NCBI GenBank assembly: GCA_041178425.1
Contig: JBEGVH010000022.1
Coordinates: forward strand, 80-64,079
DNA length: 64,000 nt
Source of the DNA: Pseudomonadota bacterium
Lineage (GTDB): Bacteria > Bdellovibrionota > Bdellovibrionia > Bdellovibrionales > Bdellovibrionaceae
Direction: 5' to 3'
The notes beneath the pieces were generated by a model. It was not told the DNA's origin and ran no database searches. It saw nothing but the letters and a program-made list of their open reading frames with translations. Shown here piece after piece: positions 1 through 8,165 of the stretch (within the stretch, counting starts at the first letter, position 1; every line of letters begins with the position of its first letter). The position numbers and the translations under genes are program-made.

Positions 1-56
1 GTGACAAGGTGAGAGTCAATCTAAGGGCAGGCGGCGTCCGGGAGATGTGCGGAGAT

Positions 57-80
57 GGGACGGAAGTCGGACTCCGTCCC
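57..80. other. Perfect 8-bp stem hairpin (GGGACGGA / TCCGTCCC, 8-nt loop) with no flanking U-tract
   Basis: Read directly: gggacgga-agtcggac-tccgtccc. Neither strand has a T-run after it, so it is not a classical intrinsic terminator. Confidence 0.5.
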
Positions 81-109
81 TGTTACACTACACTGTTACA
101 CCTGTTACA
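81..109. repeat. Three direct copies of TGTTACA (81-87, 94-100, 103-109)
   Basis: tgttacaCTACACtgttacaCCtgttaca, immediately 3' of the hairpin, in the non-coding stretch downstream of tRNA-Asp. Confidence 0.6.
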
Positions 110-253
110 TTCTTGAGCAATTTTGGGAGCTCTTTGGGCCAATCCCACCGCGAGCTGAACCAGTTATTTACCAAAATATAATTAAAATTGGGAGAATCGC
201 AGAACGGTAAATAAAATTAAGACTCGGCCGCCACCACTTTTCCGGAGGAAAAA

Positions 254-329
254 TGGCGGGGTTGACGGGACTTGAACCCGCGGCCTCCCGCGTGACAGGC
301 GGGCGTTATAACCACTTAACTACAACCCC
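254..329 (-). tRNA. tRNA-Asp (anticodon GTC)
   Basis: Minus strand reads GGGGTTGTAGTTAAGTGGTTATAACGCCCGCCTGTCACGCGGGAGGCCGCGGGTTCAAGTCCCGTCAACCCCGCCA. Acceptor stem GGGGTTG/CAACCCC, anticodon stem CCCGC/GCGGG with loop CTGTCAC, T-loop TTCAAGT, encoded CCA, 76 nt. Confidence 0.92.
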
Positions 330-336
330 AAAATGT

Positions 337-357
337 AAAAAACCGACGAGGCGTCGG
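337..357 (-). terminator. Terminator-like hairpin (CCGACG-CCU-CGUCGG) plus U6, lying inside the tRNA-Asp leader
   Basis: On the minus strand a 6-bp GC-rich stem (357..343) is followed by UUUUUU (342..337), 7 nt before the tRNA 5' end. Confidence 0.4.
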
Positions 358-385
358 AGCAATCAAGAACTTGACTACTCGACAA

Positions 386-414
386 GCTATACAAAAAACC
401 AAGTCCTTCAGCAA
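386..414 (-). promoter_or_regulatory. Candidate sigma-70 promoter for tRNA-Asp (TTGCTG-N17-TATAGC)
   Basis: The minus strand has TTGCTG at 414..409 and TATAGC at 391..386 with a 17-nt spacer. The -10 lacks the conserved final T, so the call is weak. Confidence 0.25.
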
Positions 415-477
415 CCCTTTTCTTTATCTCTTTTTTATTTAACGCTTTAAGTAAATCCAATTAAAGGGTTAAACGCC

Positions 478-483
478 TATAAT
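478..483 (+). promoter_or_regulatory. Perfect -10 hexamer TATAAT upstream of fadD (poor -35)
   Basis: tataat at 478-483, about 97 nt upstream of the fadD ATG. The -35 region (atccaa) is weak. Confidence 0.3.
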
Positions 484-514
484 CTTTGAAATTTTTAGAA
501 GAGTTTGCTCAAAT

Positions 515-534
515 ATGGTCATTAAGTAGACCAT
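515..534. promoter_or_regulatory. Inverted repeat ATGGTC-N8-GACCAT, candidate operator between the putative fadD promoter and the RBS
   Basis: Perfect 6-bp arms at 515-520 and 529-534, downstream of the TATAAT and 46 nt upstream of the fadD ATG. Confidence 0.35.
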
Positions 535-579
535 GGATCAACGAAATCTGATCCCACATTTCACTCGAGGAGATTGAAA

Positions 580-2253
580 ATGACTTACCCTTGGATCAAG
601 AGCTACCCCGCAGGCATTCCCTACGAAGTGGATGTCCGTCGCTTTAATAATCTCTGTGAGGTTTTTGAAGAATCCTGCAAAAAATATCGCGAAAAACCCG
701 CTCTCTCCAACTTAGGGACAACCCTCACCTACCACGAATATGACCGTCTCACCGGGCAATTCGCCTCTTATCTTCAGCACGAACTAAAACTGAAAAGAGG
801 CGATCGCATCGCGATTCAGATGCCTAATCTCCTCCAGTACAATATTGCCCTTTGGGGAGCCTTCCGCGCAGGACTTGTGGTTGTAAATACCAATCCTCTT
901 TATACAGCCCGCGAAATGGAGCATCAGTTCAAAGATTCAGGAGCAAAGGCCATTGTTATCCTTGCAAACTTTGCTCATTTACTCGAAGAGGTTCTACCAC
1001 AAACAGACATACAACACGTGATTGTGACAGAGGCAGGAGATCTTCTTCGGTTTCCAAAAAACCATGTGGTCAATAACGTTCTGAAATATGTGAAAAAACA
1101 AGTTCCTACTTTTAACATTCCGAAGGCTCACTCCTTTACCAAGGCTCTCGAATTAGGACGTAGAAAACCCTTTCAAGAAGTGAGAGCTCAATACGATGAC
1201 TTAGCTTTCTTGCAGTACACGGGGGGCACCACGGGTGTTTCAAAGGGAGCTATGCTCTCGCATGGCAACGTGATCTCGAACATGCTTCAGATCGCCGCCT
1301 GGATGAAAATTAGTCTCAACGAAGGCGAAGAACGCGCCGTCTGCGCTCTGCCTCTTTATCATATTTTTTCACTGACTCTGAATGCTATGACCTTCATGCT
1401 TTACGGAGCGGAAATCCTTTTAATAACTAACCCGAAAGACTTGCCAAGCTTTATCAAAGATCTGGCTGCCAAACCATTCACAATTTTCTCTGGCGTTAAT
1501 ACGCTATTTAATGCGCTCATGAATCATCCCAACTTTGGAATGATTAGTTTTACAAAAACCAAAGTGAGTGTTGCAGGCGGAATGGCACTGCAATCCGCGG
1601 TAGCAGAAAAATGGATGAAAACAACCGACAGCCTGCTCATTGAGGGCTATGGCCTCACGGAGACAAGCCCCGTTGCGTCTGTGAACCCTCTCACGAGACT
1701 TGGCAATCGAGTGGGAACCATTGGCCTCCCTGTTCCTAACACTGAATTACGCCTCCTCGACGATGACGGCAAAGAAGTCACGATAGGCGAACAGGGTGAA
1801 ATTGCCATCCGTGGCCCGCAAGTGATGAAAGGATACTGGCAACGTCCCGACGAGACGGCCAAGGTGATGACGGAGGATGGCTTTTTCAAGTCAGGCGACA
1901 TCGGCGTGATGGACTCTGATGGTTACTTTAAAATTGTTGATCGCAAAAAAGATATGATTCTGGTTTCAGGCTTCAACGTTTACCCCAATGAAGTTGAAGA
2001 CGTTCTTGCTCGCCTCAATGGAGTTCTTGAGTCGGCGGCCATCGGTGTTCCCGATGATAAATCAGGAGAGGTCGTTAAAGTAGTGATAGTAAAAAAAGAT
2101 CCAGGACTGACCAGCGAACAAGTGATTCAACATTGTAGAGCCAACCTTACCGCTTACAAGATACCCAAATATGTTGAGTTCCGACATGAATTACCAAAAA
2201 CAAATGTAGGTAAAATCTTGCGTCGAGCACTTCGTGATCAACCAAAGGCGTAA
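580..2253 (+). CDS. fadD: Long-chain-fatty-acid--CoA ligase
   Basis: AMP-binding motifs YTGGTTGVSKGAMLSHGN, GYGLTETSP, SGDIG..DGYFKIVDRKKDMI and PKTNVGKILRR. N-terminus collinear with E. coli FadD (YPxxxP..., MPNLLQY). The ATG at 580 sits 7 nt after GAGGAGA; the ORF track begins at TTG 574. Confidence 0.9.
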   Translation: MTYPWIKSYPAGIPYEVDVRRFNNLCEVFEESCKKYREKPALSNLGTTLTYHEYDRLTGQFASYLQHELKLKRGDRIAIQMPNLLQYNIALWGAFRAGLVVVNTNPLYTAREMEHQFKDSGAKAIVILANFAHLLEEVLPQTDIQHVIVTEAGDLLRFPKNHVVNNVLKYVKKQVPTFNIPKAHSFTKALELGRRKPFQEVRAQYDDLAFLQYTGGTTGVSKGAMLSHGNVISNMLQIAAWMKISLNEGEERAVCALPLYHIFSLTLNAMTFMLYGAEILLITNPKDLPSFIKDLAAKPFTIFSGVNTLFNALMNHPNFGMISFTKTKVSVAGGMALQSAVAEKWMKTTDSLLIEGYGLTETSPVASVNPLTRLGNRVGTIGLPVPNTELRLLDDDGKEVTIGEQGEIAIRGPQVMKGYWQRPDETAKVMTEDGFFKSGDIGVMDSDGYFKIVDRKKDMILVSGFNVYPNEVEDVLARLNGVLESAAIGVPDDKSGEVVKVVIVKKDPGLTSEQVIQHCRANLTAYKIPKYVEFRHELPKTNVGKILRRALRDQPKA

Positions 2254-2273
2254 TATGCCAGATCAATTATAAT

Positions 2274-2310
2274 AAAAAAGGAGATGCCTCAATAACATCT
2301 CCTTTTTTTA
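2274..2310. terminator. Bidirectional intrinsic terminator between the convergent fadD and PilZ genes
   Basis: aaaaaaGGAGATG-cctcaataa-CATCTCCttttttt: the stem is flanked by an A-run and a T-run. Confidence 0.65.
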
Positions 2311-2331
2311 TATTTAAAAGACAAATAATTT

Positions 2332-2631
2332 TTATTGACCCAAGAGCTTATTATAAACGGCCTCGGGTGGCACAAACGAAACTCCCAATGCTCCTGCCCG
2401 CGTCCAGATCACTTCAGCGTTGACCACGCGGATTTTTTTTATCCCTTCGAGATCGACTTCTAAGCGAATAATGTCTCCTCGATGAAAATTAAGAGTCGAG
2501 GCCAAAAGATTCAGCCTTGCGCCTGTCTTAGAGATGTTCTTTAAAACCATCAAAGAGGCCGTTCCCGAACCATATTTTTGACATCGCACTTTTGCATAGG
2601 CAAGATATCGCCGTTCTGTCGTTTTTTGCAT
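2332..2631 (-). CDS. Single-domain PilZ protein (degenerate RxxxR motif)
   Basis: N-I-S-K-T-G matches the (D/N)xSxxG PilZ motif. Upstream ERRYLAY has RR but no Arg at +4. Size of 99 aa is typical of stand-alone PilZ proteins. Confidence 0.55.
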   Translation of the reverse strand: MQKTTERRYLAYAKVRCQKYGSGTASLMVLKNISKTGARLNLLASTLNFHRGDIIRLEVDLEGIKKIRVVNAEVIWTRAGALGVSFVPPEAVYNKLLGQ

Positions 2632-2684
2632 AAAGACGTCCTTCTTTTGCTAGGCCGAAATCCAAATAGACCCATTTAAATCAC

Positions 2685-3335
2685 TCACCAAGTTATCGGT
2701 TGTTTGGCCTGAGACTTTCGTACTTTTTCTAAAAACTCTTGTTGCGAAATGAGACGAGCACCAAAATGCTCACAAACCGTAGTCACCATTTGAACGTCAA
2801 TCCATTCAAGCCCCCGAGTTTGCAGAAAATTGACTAATTTCCACAGGGCCCATTTTGATGCATTCGACTTTTTAAAAAACATACTCTCAGCACTGAAAAC
2901 ATTTTTGACAAAAACTCCGTAAATACCACCCACCAAGTCTCCCTTCTCCCAAACTTCCAAGCTATGGGCATAACCGGCCAGATGAAATTTTCGGTAAGAA
3001 GAAAGGACGTCTTCGGTAATCCATGTTCCTGACTGCCCAGGACGCGGAACCTCTGCGCAAGCCCCGATCACTTCATCAAAGGCTCGATCGACCGTCCAGG
3101 TCCAATTTGTTTTTTTGTCCAGCTTTTGAAGACTTTTGGAGATATGCAGATTCTTAAACTCGAGAACCCCCCGCTCCCACGGGCAAAACCACAAAAGAGG
3201 ATAGCCCTCATGGGGCCACGGAAAAATTCCCTCACTATAAGCCGCCAGCAGGGTTTTAACACTCAAGTCTCCCCCAATGGCCACGATGCCTTCATCACTT
3301 GCCATTCGGGGATCTGGAAATCGAATCACCGCCAT
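2685..3335 (-). CDS. aat: Leucyl/phenylalanyl-tRNA--protein transferase
   Basis: Motifs GIFPWP..PLLWFCPWERGVL, SGTWITEDV..YRKFHLAGYAHSLEVW and GGIYGV..FSAESMF. Start taken at Met38 of the ORF (ATG 3335..3333), which overlaps the recQ stop as TAATG. Confidence 0.85.
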   Translation of the reverse strand: MAVIRFPDPRMASDEGIVAIGGDLSVKTLLAAYSEGIFPWPHEGYPLLWFCPWERGVLEFKNLHISKSLQKLDKKTNWTWTVDRAFDEVIGACAEVPRPGQSGTWITEDVLSSYRKFHLAGYAHSLEVWEKGDLVGGIYGVFVKNVFSAESMFFKKSNASKWALWKLVNFLQTRGLEWIDVQMVTTVCEHFGARLISQQEFLEKVRKSQAKQPITW

Positions 3336-4795
3336 TAGTTTTGCTTCTCCAAACAAAGATCGCAGATCCCGCAAGGTTCGGAACCCTGATGGCCAAAATA
3401 AACATAAATTGTTTGCATTCGACAACCTTCTTCTTGCTTTGCCCAACGAAGCATTGATAATAATTTCTCATTTTGAGACTTCAGGTGCTGCTGGTGCCCG
3501 GCTGGCGCAAAAAACTCCTCATTCCAAAAATCCGTGGCTTCGAAGAATTTGCCCGTCCATTCTAAACTTCCAGCTCTCTCCAGTTGATTTAATGATGTTT
3601 CTACTCTGAAGTCGCGAGAATTGTAGAAGTTCATCTCTTGACGAAGAAAATCAGCACCACCAGCCCGATACTCGTCGCTGCGGCCTTCAACTAAGTGATA
3701 AACTCTGCGCACAAAGGCAGGTTCCGGACAAGACCACTTTATAAAATCCATGGCAATAGAGACATCATCCTCATCGAAAAGCAAATGACCTTCCGCTCGC
3801 TGCCGATCACGACCACCCCGCCCCACTTCTTGATAGTAGGACTCTAAAGACGTGGGCATCTCTCCATGAATCACTCCGCGAATGTTGGGCTTATCGACGC
3901 CGAGGCCAAACGCTGGCGTGGCAAACATCATCATGTCGTCTGAAACGAGAAAATCCTCCTGCGCCCTGCGCCGGTCGGGGGGAGCCATTTGCCCGTGGTA
4001 CTTACCGATCTTCAAACCCTTACGCCTCAACTCCGCAAGAGCCTTTTCGAGAGTGCCAATTAAACTCCAGTACACTAATAAGGGTCCCTGGATTTTTTCG
4101 CGAAGTTCAAGGATCGTTTCCAACTTGCTCTCTAAACTAAAGAGATCATGAACATTTAGCGAAAGCTCGGGGCGCTCCATCCCCCCCAAGAACCTTTGTG
4201 CCCCCGGAATGTTGAGTTGAGTCAGGATGTCTTCCTGCACCCGAGGGGTGGCGGTGGCAGTGAGTGCCAATGTTGGCGGATTTTTTAGTAGACTCCGCAA
4301 TTCGCCTACCTTTGAGTAGTCAGGTCTAAAATCGTGCCCCCAAAGACTAATACAGTGCGCCTCGTCCACTGCAAGGAGCGACACCCTCACTTTTTTGATC
4401 ACGTCTAAGAATTCTGCCTTACGAAAACGCTCCGGGGTGACGTACAACAGACTCAATCGCCCTTCTTCCAATTCCCTAAGCGCATTGTCTTTTTCTTTTT
4501 TAGACATCCCTGAATGAATGGCTCGGGCCTTGATACCTTTTTGCCGCGCCTGCATAACCTGATCTTCCATAAGGGCAATCAGTGGCGATAAAACAAGCAC
4601 CGGGCCTCGCTCTTCTTCCTGAGCCAGTGCGGCTGGTAGTTGGTAACAGAGGCTTTTTCCAAAGCCCGTTGGCATGACCACAAAGGCATTTTCCTCCCTC
4701 AAAACGCTCTGAACCACGGCTTCCTGATCACCACGGAACTCCTCAAAACCAAAGTACTTTTTCAAAAACGAGTGGAGCTTTTTAGAATCCTTCAT
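3335..4795 (-). CDS. recQ: RecQ-family ATP-dependent DNA helicase (short form, no HRDC)
   Basis: Walker A MPTGFGKSLCYQLPA, DEAH box DEAHCISLWGHDFRPDY, C-terminal Zn-finger-like CGICDLC. Confidence 0.85.
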   Translation of the reverse strand: MKDSKKLHSFLKKYFGFEEFRGDQEAVVQSVLREENAFVVMPTGFGKSLCYQLPAALAQEEERGPVLVLSPLIALMEDQVMQARQKGIKARAIHSGMSKKEKDNALRELEEGRLSLLYVTPERFRKAEFLDVIKKVRVSLLAVDEAHCISLWGHDFRPDYSKVGELRSLLKNPPTLALTATATPRVQEDILTQLNIPGAQRFLGGMERPELSLNVHDLFSLESKLETILELREKIQGPLLVYWSLIGTLEKALAELRRKGLKIGKYHGQMAPPDRRRAQEDFLVSDDMMMFATPAFGLGVDKPNIRGVIHGEMPTSLESYYQEVGRGGRDRQRAEGHLLFDEDDVSIAMDFIKWSCPEPAFVRRVYHLVEGRSDEYRAGGADFLRQEMNFYNSRDFRVETSLNQLERAGSLEWTGKFFEATDFWNEEFFAPAGHQQHLKSQNEKLLSMLRWAKQEEGCRMQTIYVYFGHQGSEPCGICDLCLEKQN

Positions 4796-4907
4796 AGTTA
4801 CGAAATTCCTTGTTGTACTTTTATGGGCTTCATGCTACCCCGATGTCTTTAATTATAAATAATAATTCATATTAATGGACATAGGCACAAGAAAGGAACG
4901 TGTCATA

Positions 4908-7016
4908 ATGGCGAATATCAAATGGGATATTAAAAAGGTCCGAAACATCGGTATTTCGGCTCACATCGACTCCGGCAAAACTACTCTTTCTGAGAGAATC
5001 TTGTTTTACGGTGGAAGAATCCATGCCATTCACGAAGTGAAAGGTAAGGACGGGGTCGGAGCCACTATGGACTCCATGGATCTTGAGAGAGAAAAAGGAA
5101 TCACCATCCAATCAGCAGCGACTCAGGTGCAATGGGATGGCAACATCGTCAACCTTATCGACACTCCCGGCCACGTGGATTTCACTATCGAAGTTGAGCG
5201 CTCTTTGCGCGTTCTTGATGGTGCCATCCTGGTTCTTTGTGGCGTTGCGGGCGTTCAGTCTCAATCGATCACTGTTGACCGTCAAATGAAGCGCTACAGC
5301 GTTCCTCGCTTGGCTTTTATTAACAAACTCGATCGTCAAGGTGCCAACCCTTTCCGTGTGAAAGACGCCCTTGTTGAAAAACTTAAATTAAATGCTGTTA
5401 TGGCTCAGATCCCAATCGGATTAGAAGACGCTCACAAAGGAGCTGTCGATCTTATCACGATGAAAGCTTACTACTGTGAAGGCGAGAACGGTGAAAATGT
5501 CCGTGAAGACGAAATCCCAGCAGACCTTCTTGAACAAGCGAAAGAATACCGTACGTACCTTATTGAAAAGTGCGCAGACGTTGACGATGTGATCGCCGAA
5601 AAATTCTTGAACGACGAACAACCAACCAACGACGAAATCCATGCCGCTATCCGTAAGGGCGTTATTGGGTTGAAACTTTGCCCAGTTTTCTGTGGTTCTG
5701 CGTTCAAAAACAAAGGTGTTCAGTTGCTTCTTGACGCCGTTATCCGCTACTTACCAACGCCGGAAGAGAAAAAAGAAACTGCACTCGACTTAAACAAAAA
5801 CGAAGAGCGCATTGAACTTGTCCCTGATAACAACAAACCCACTGTTGCCTTGGCCTTTAAACTCCAGGAAACTCCGTTTGGTCAGCTCACTTACATGCGT
5901 ATATACCAAGGTAAGATCAGCAAAGGTGACTTCATCGTTAATACAACCAACGGAAAGTCAGTTAAAGTTCCTCGCCTTGTGAGAATGCACTCCGATAAAA
6001 TGGAAGATATCGACACCTCTTACGCTGGTGACATCGTAGCGGTTTTCGGTATCGATTGCGCTTCGGGTGACACTTTCACAATGAATGACTACAACGTGGC
6101 GATGCAATCAATGCACGTGCCAGACGCGGTTATCTCATTGGCCGTTGCTCCTAAAGACAAAGGTTCTGCAAACAACTTCTCTAAGGCGCTTCAAAAGTTC
6201 CGTAAAGAAGATCCAACTTTCCGCGTTCACCGTGACGAAGAATCTGCAGAAACGATTATTTCGGGAATGGGTGAACTCCACCTTGAAGTTTACATTGAGC
6301 GCATGAAGCGTGAATTCAACTGCGAAGTTATCGCTGGTGCGCCTCAGGTTGCTTACCGCGAAACGATCAGCCAAGAAGCAGCTTATGACTACACTCACAA
6401 AAAACAAACCGGTGGTTCGGGTCAATTTGCGAAAGTTGTTGGTGTTATTGAACCACTTCCTAGCGATGCGACTGAAACCTTCTCTTTCGAAAACCGCGTT
6501 GTCGGTGGACGTATCCCAAGAGAATTTATCCCTGCGGTTGAAGAAGGCTTTGGCGAACAGTGCGTTAAAGGGCCACTCATTGGGTTCCCAATTGTTGGCG
6601 TAAAAGTTTACTTGGACGATGGCTCTTACCACGATGTCGATTCATCTTACATGGCGTTTAAGATTTGCGCGATGGCAGCGATGAGACAAGCTTACGAAAG
6701 AGCTAAACCATCAGTTCTTGAACCATTGATGAAACTTGAGACTTCAGTTCCTGAAGAATACCAAGGCCCGGCCACTGGTCAAATCAACCAGCGTCGCGGT
6801 ATCATCCTTGGTACTGATTCAAACGAAGGTTACTCGATCATCACGGCTGAAGTGCCATTGAGCGAAATGTTCGGTTACTCAACCGATCTTCGTTCTGCCA
6901 CTAAAGGTAAGGGAGAATTCTCCATGGAATTCTCACGCTACGCCATTGCTCCTAGAAACGTTCAGGAAGAATTGGCGAAGAAGTACCAAGAGAAGAGAGC
7001 AAAAGAGAACGCTTAA
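4908..7016 (+). CDS. fusA: Elongation factor G, mitochondrial/'spd' EF-G1-like subtype, outside the str operon
   Basis: G1 [10 protein letters not shown]3 [39 protein letters not shown] resembles mt-EF-G1 rather than canonical bacterial EF-G. ATG 4908 is preceded by AAAGGAA. Confidence 0.9.
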   Translation: MANIKWDIKKVRNIGISAHIDSGKTTLSERILFYGGRIHAIHEVKGKDGVGATMDSMDLEREKGITIQSAATQVQWDGNIVNLIDTPGHVDFTIEVERSLRVLDGAILVLCGVAGVQSQSITVDRQMKRYSVPRLAFINKLDRQGANPFRVKDALVEKLKLNAVMAQIPIGLEDAHKGAVDLITMKAYYCEGENGENVREDEIPADLLEQAKEYRTYLIEKCADVDDVIAEKFLNDEQPTNDEIHAAIRKGVIGLKLCPVFCGSAFKNKGVQLLLDAVIRYLPTPEEKKETALDLNKNEERIELVPDNNKPTVALAFKLQETPFGQLTYMRIYQGKISKGDFIVNTTNGKSVKVPRLVRMHSDKMEDIDTSYAGDIVAVFGIDCASGDTFTMNDYNVAMQSMHVPDAVISLAVAPKDKGSANNFSKALQKFRKEDPTFRVHRDEESAETIISGMGELHLEVYIERMKREFNCEVIAGAPQVAYRETISQEAAYDYTHKKQTGGSGQFAKVVGVIEPLPSDATETFSFENRVVGGRIPREFIPAVEEGFGEQCVKGPLIGFPIVGVKVYLDDGSYHDVDSSYMAFKICAMAAMRQAYERAKPSVLEPLMKLETSVPEEYQGPATGQINQRRGIILGTDSNEGYSIITAEVPLSEMFGYSTDLRSATKGKGEFSMEFSRYAIAPRNVQEELAKKYQEKRAKENA

Positions 7017-7051
7017 ACTTACTCGGTGCAATAAGCCTCAATTGAAGCTTG

Positions 7052-7087
7052 AAAAGCCCCCTACCACTGTAGGGGGCTTTTTTCTTT
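7052..7087 (+). terminator. Intrinsic terminator of fusA
   Basis: aaaaGCCCCCTAC-cact-GTAGGGGGCttttttctttt. Confidence 0.75.
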
Positions 7088-7120
7088 TAACAAACTCTAA
7101 ATTTTTGGTACTATTAAACG

Positions 7121-8158
7121 ATGTTAGCATTTTTTGGTCTTGTCGCCCTGGTTATGGCGATTTCATTTTTAAGTTCCCTAGTTGAAGCCACCCTTCTCTC
7201 TGTTCAGCCAGCTTATTTAGCTGTCAAAATCAAAGATGGAAAAAAGTATGCTCAGCTTTTACAGAGCCAGAAGCACCAAATTCATCGCTCCATAGGTGGA
7301 ATACTCACACTCAATACTTTTGCCAATACGATGGGCGCGGCGATGATCGGATCAAAAGCCCACGAGATCTGGGGCGAAGACTATATTACGGCTGTCTCGG
7401 CGATGCTTACGCTGGCCATTCTTATTTTTTCAGAACTGATTCCCAAGACTTTGGGAGCGAGAAACTGGAAATTTTTTGCTCCCTTCGCGGCCTATTTCAT
7501 TTTGTGGATCACATTTATATTGTTCCCGGTTGTTTGGGTCACAGATTGGCTCACCAATTTTCTTGGTGGCTCAACTGTGCATAAGGTCACTCGCGAAGAG
7601 GTCATCATGCAGGCTGAGCTCGGAGCCAAAGAAGGCTCTCTTCTCAATAAAGAAAGTTTAATGATCAAAAATCTTCTAATGCTCGATAAGCTGTATGTGG
7701 CGGATATTATGACTCCTCGAAGTGTCATGTTTGCTCTTGAAGCAGACATGACCGTTCAAGAAGTGGGTGAAAGATTTAAACCTATTCGATATTCAAGAAT
7801 CCCGGTCTATCGAGATCAAATGGATAACATGATCGGAATGACTCATCGATACCAGATCATGGAAGCTCTTACTCACGACAAAGATCTCACCAAAATATCA
7901 GAGATAAGTCATCCCATCCAAAGCATTTCTGAAAAGCTCACGGTATCGCAAGTCCTCGATTTTTTTATTAAGCACAAAGAACACGTAGCTCTTGCTGTTG
8001 ATGAGTATGGCGTTATTACGGGGCTAATCTCACTCGAAGATGCGGTTGAAACCCTTCTTGGCGTAGAAATCGTAGATGAGTTCGACTCGGTTGCAGACTT
8101 GCGACAATATGCCCTCGAACAATGGCAGAGTCGAAAAAGTCAATCGCGCAAAATATGA
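7121..8158 (+). CDS. CNNM/DUF21 transmembrane domain + CBS-pair protein (HlyC/CorC-family transporter lacking the CorC C-terminal domain)
   Basis: Four N-terminal hydrophobic helices with ELIPKTLG, then ADIMTPR...IPVY and LAVDEYG...GLISLEDAVE CBS motifs. The ORF ends right after the CBS pair. Confidence 0.8.
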   Translation: MLAFFGLVALVMAISFLSSLVEATLLSVQPAYLAVKIKDGKKYAQLLQSQKHQIHRSIGGILTLNTFANTMGAAMIGSKAHEIWGEDYITAVSAMLTLAILIFSELIPKTLGARNWKFFAPFAAYFILWITFILFPVVWVTDWLTNFLGGSTVHKVTREEVIMQAELGAKEGSLLNKESLMIKNLLMLDKLYVADIMTPRSVMFALEADMTVQEVGERFKPIRYSRIPVYRDQMDNMIGMTHRYQIMEALTHDKDLTKISEISHPIQSISEKLTVSQVLDFFIKHKEHVALAVDEYGVITGLISLEDAVETLLGVEIVDEFDSVADLRQYALEQWQSRKSQSRKI

Positions 8159-8165
8159 AGGGCCC

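Noticed and set aside
1-80. GC-rich structured stretch with AAGGGCA...GGGACGGAAGUC, reminiscent of a c-di-GMP-I (GEMM-I) riboswitch or another ncRNA 3' end
   Set aside because: The conserved ACGCACAGGGCAAACC and GACGCAAAGCC cores are not matched and no GNRA-capped P1 helix can be drawn. On the plus strand there is no downstream gene to regulate. The region is truncated by the window edge, so it is left unassigned.
254-329. tRNA-Asp as the attachment site of a genomic island covering the window
   Set aside because: No integrase was seen and no second copy of the tRNA 3' half was noticed. The adjacent genes (fadD, aat, recQ, fusA) are core housekeeping.
253-450. 65-aa ORF on the plus strand
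   Set aside because: It overlaps the whole tRNA-Asp gene in antisense and continues into AT-rich spacer. It is an artefact of the tRNA sequence.
3335-4795. Short RecQ-like helicase as a defence-island component
   Set aside because: It is coupled to aat and divergent from fusA, with no neighbouring nuclease, Sir2 or TIR genes. The context is ordinary housekeeping.
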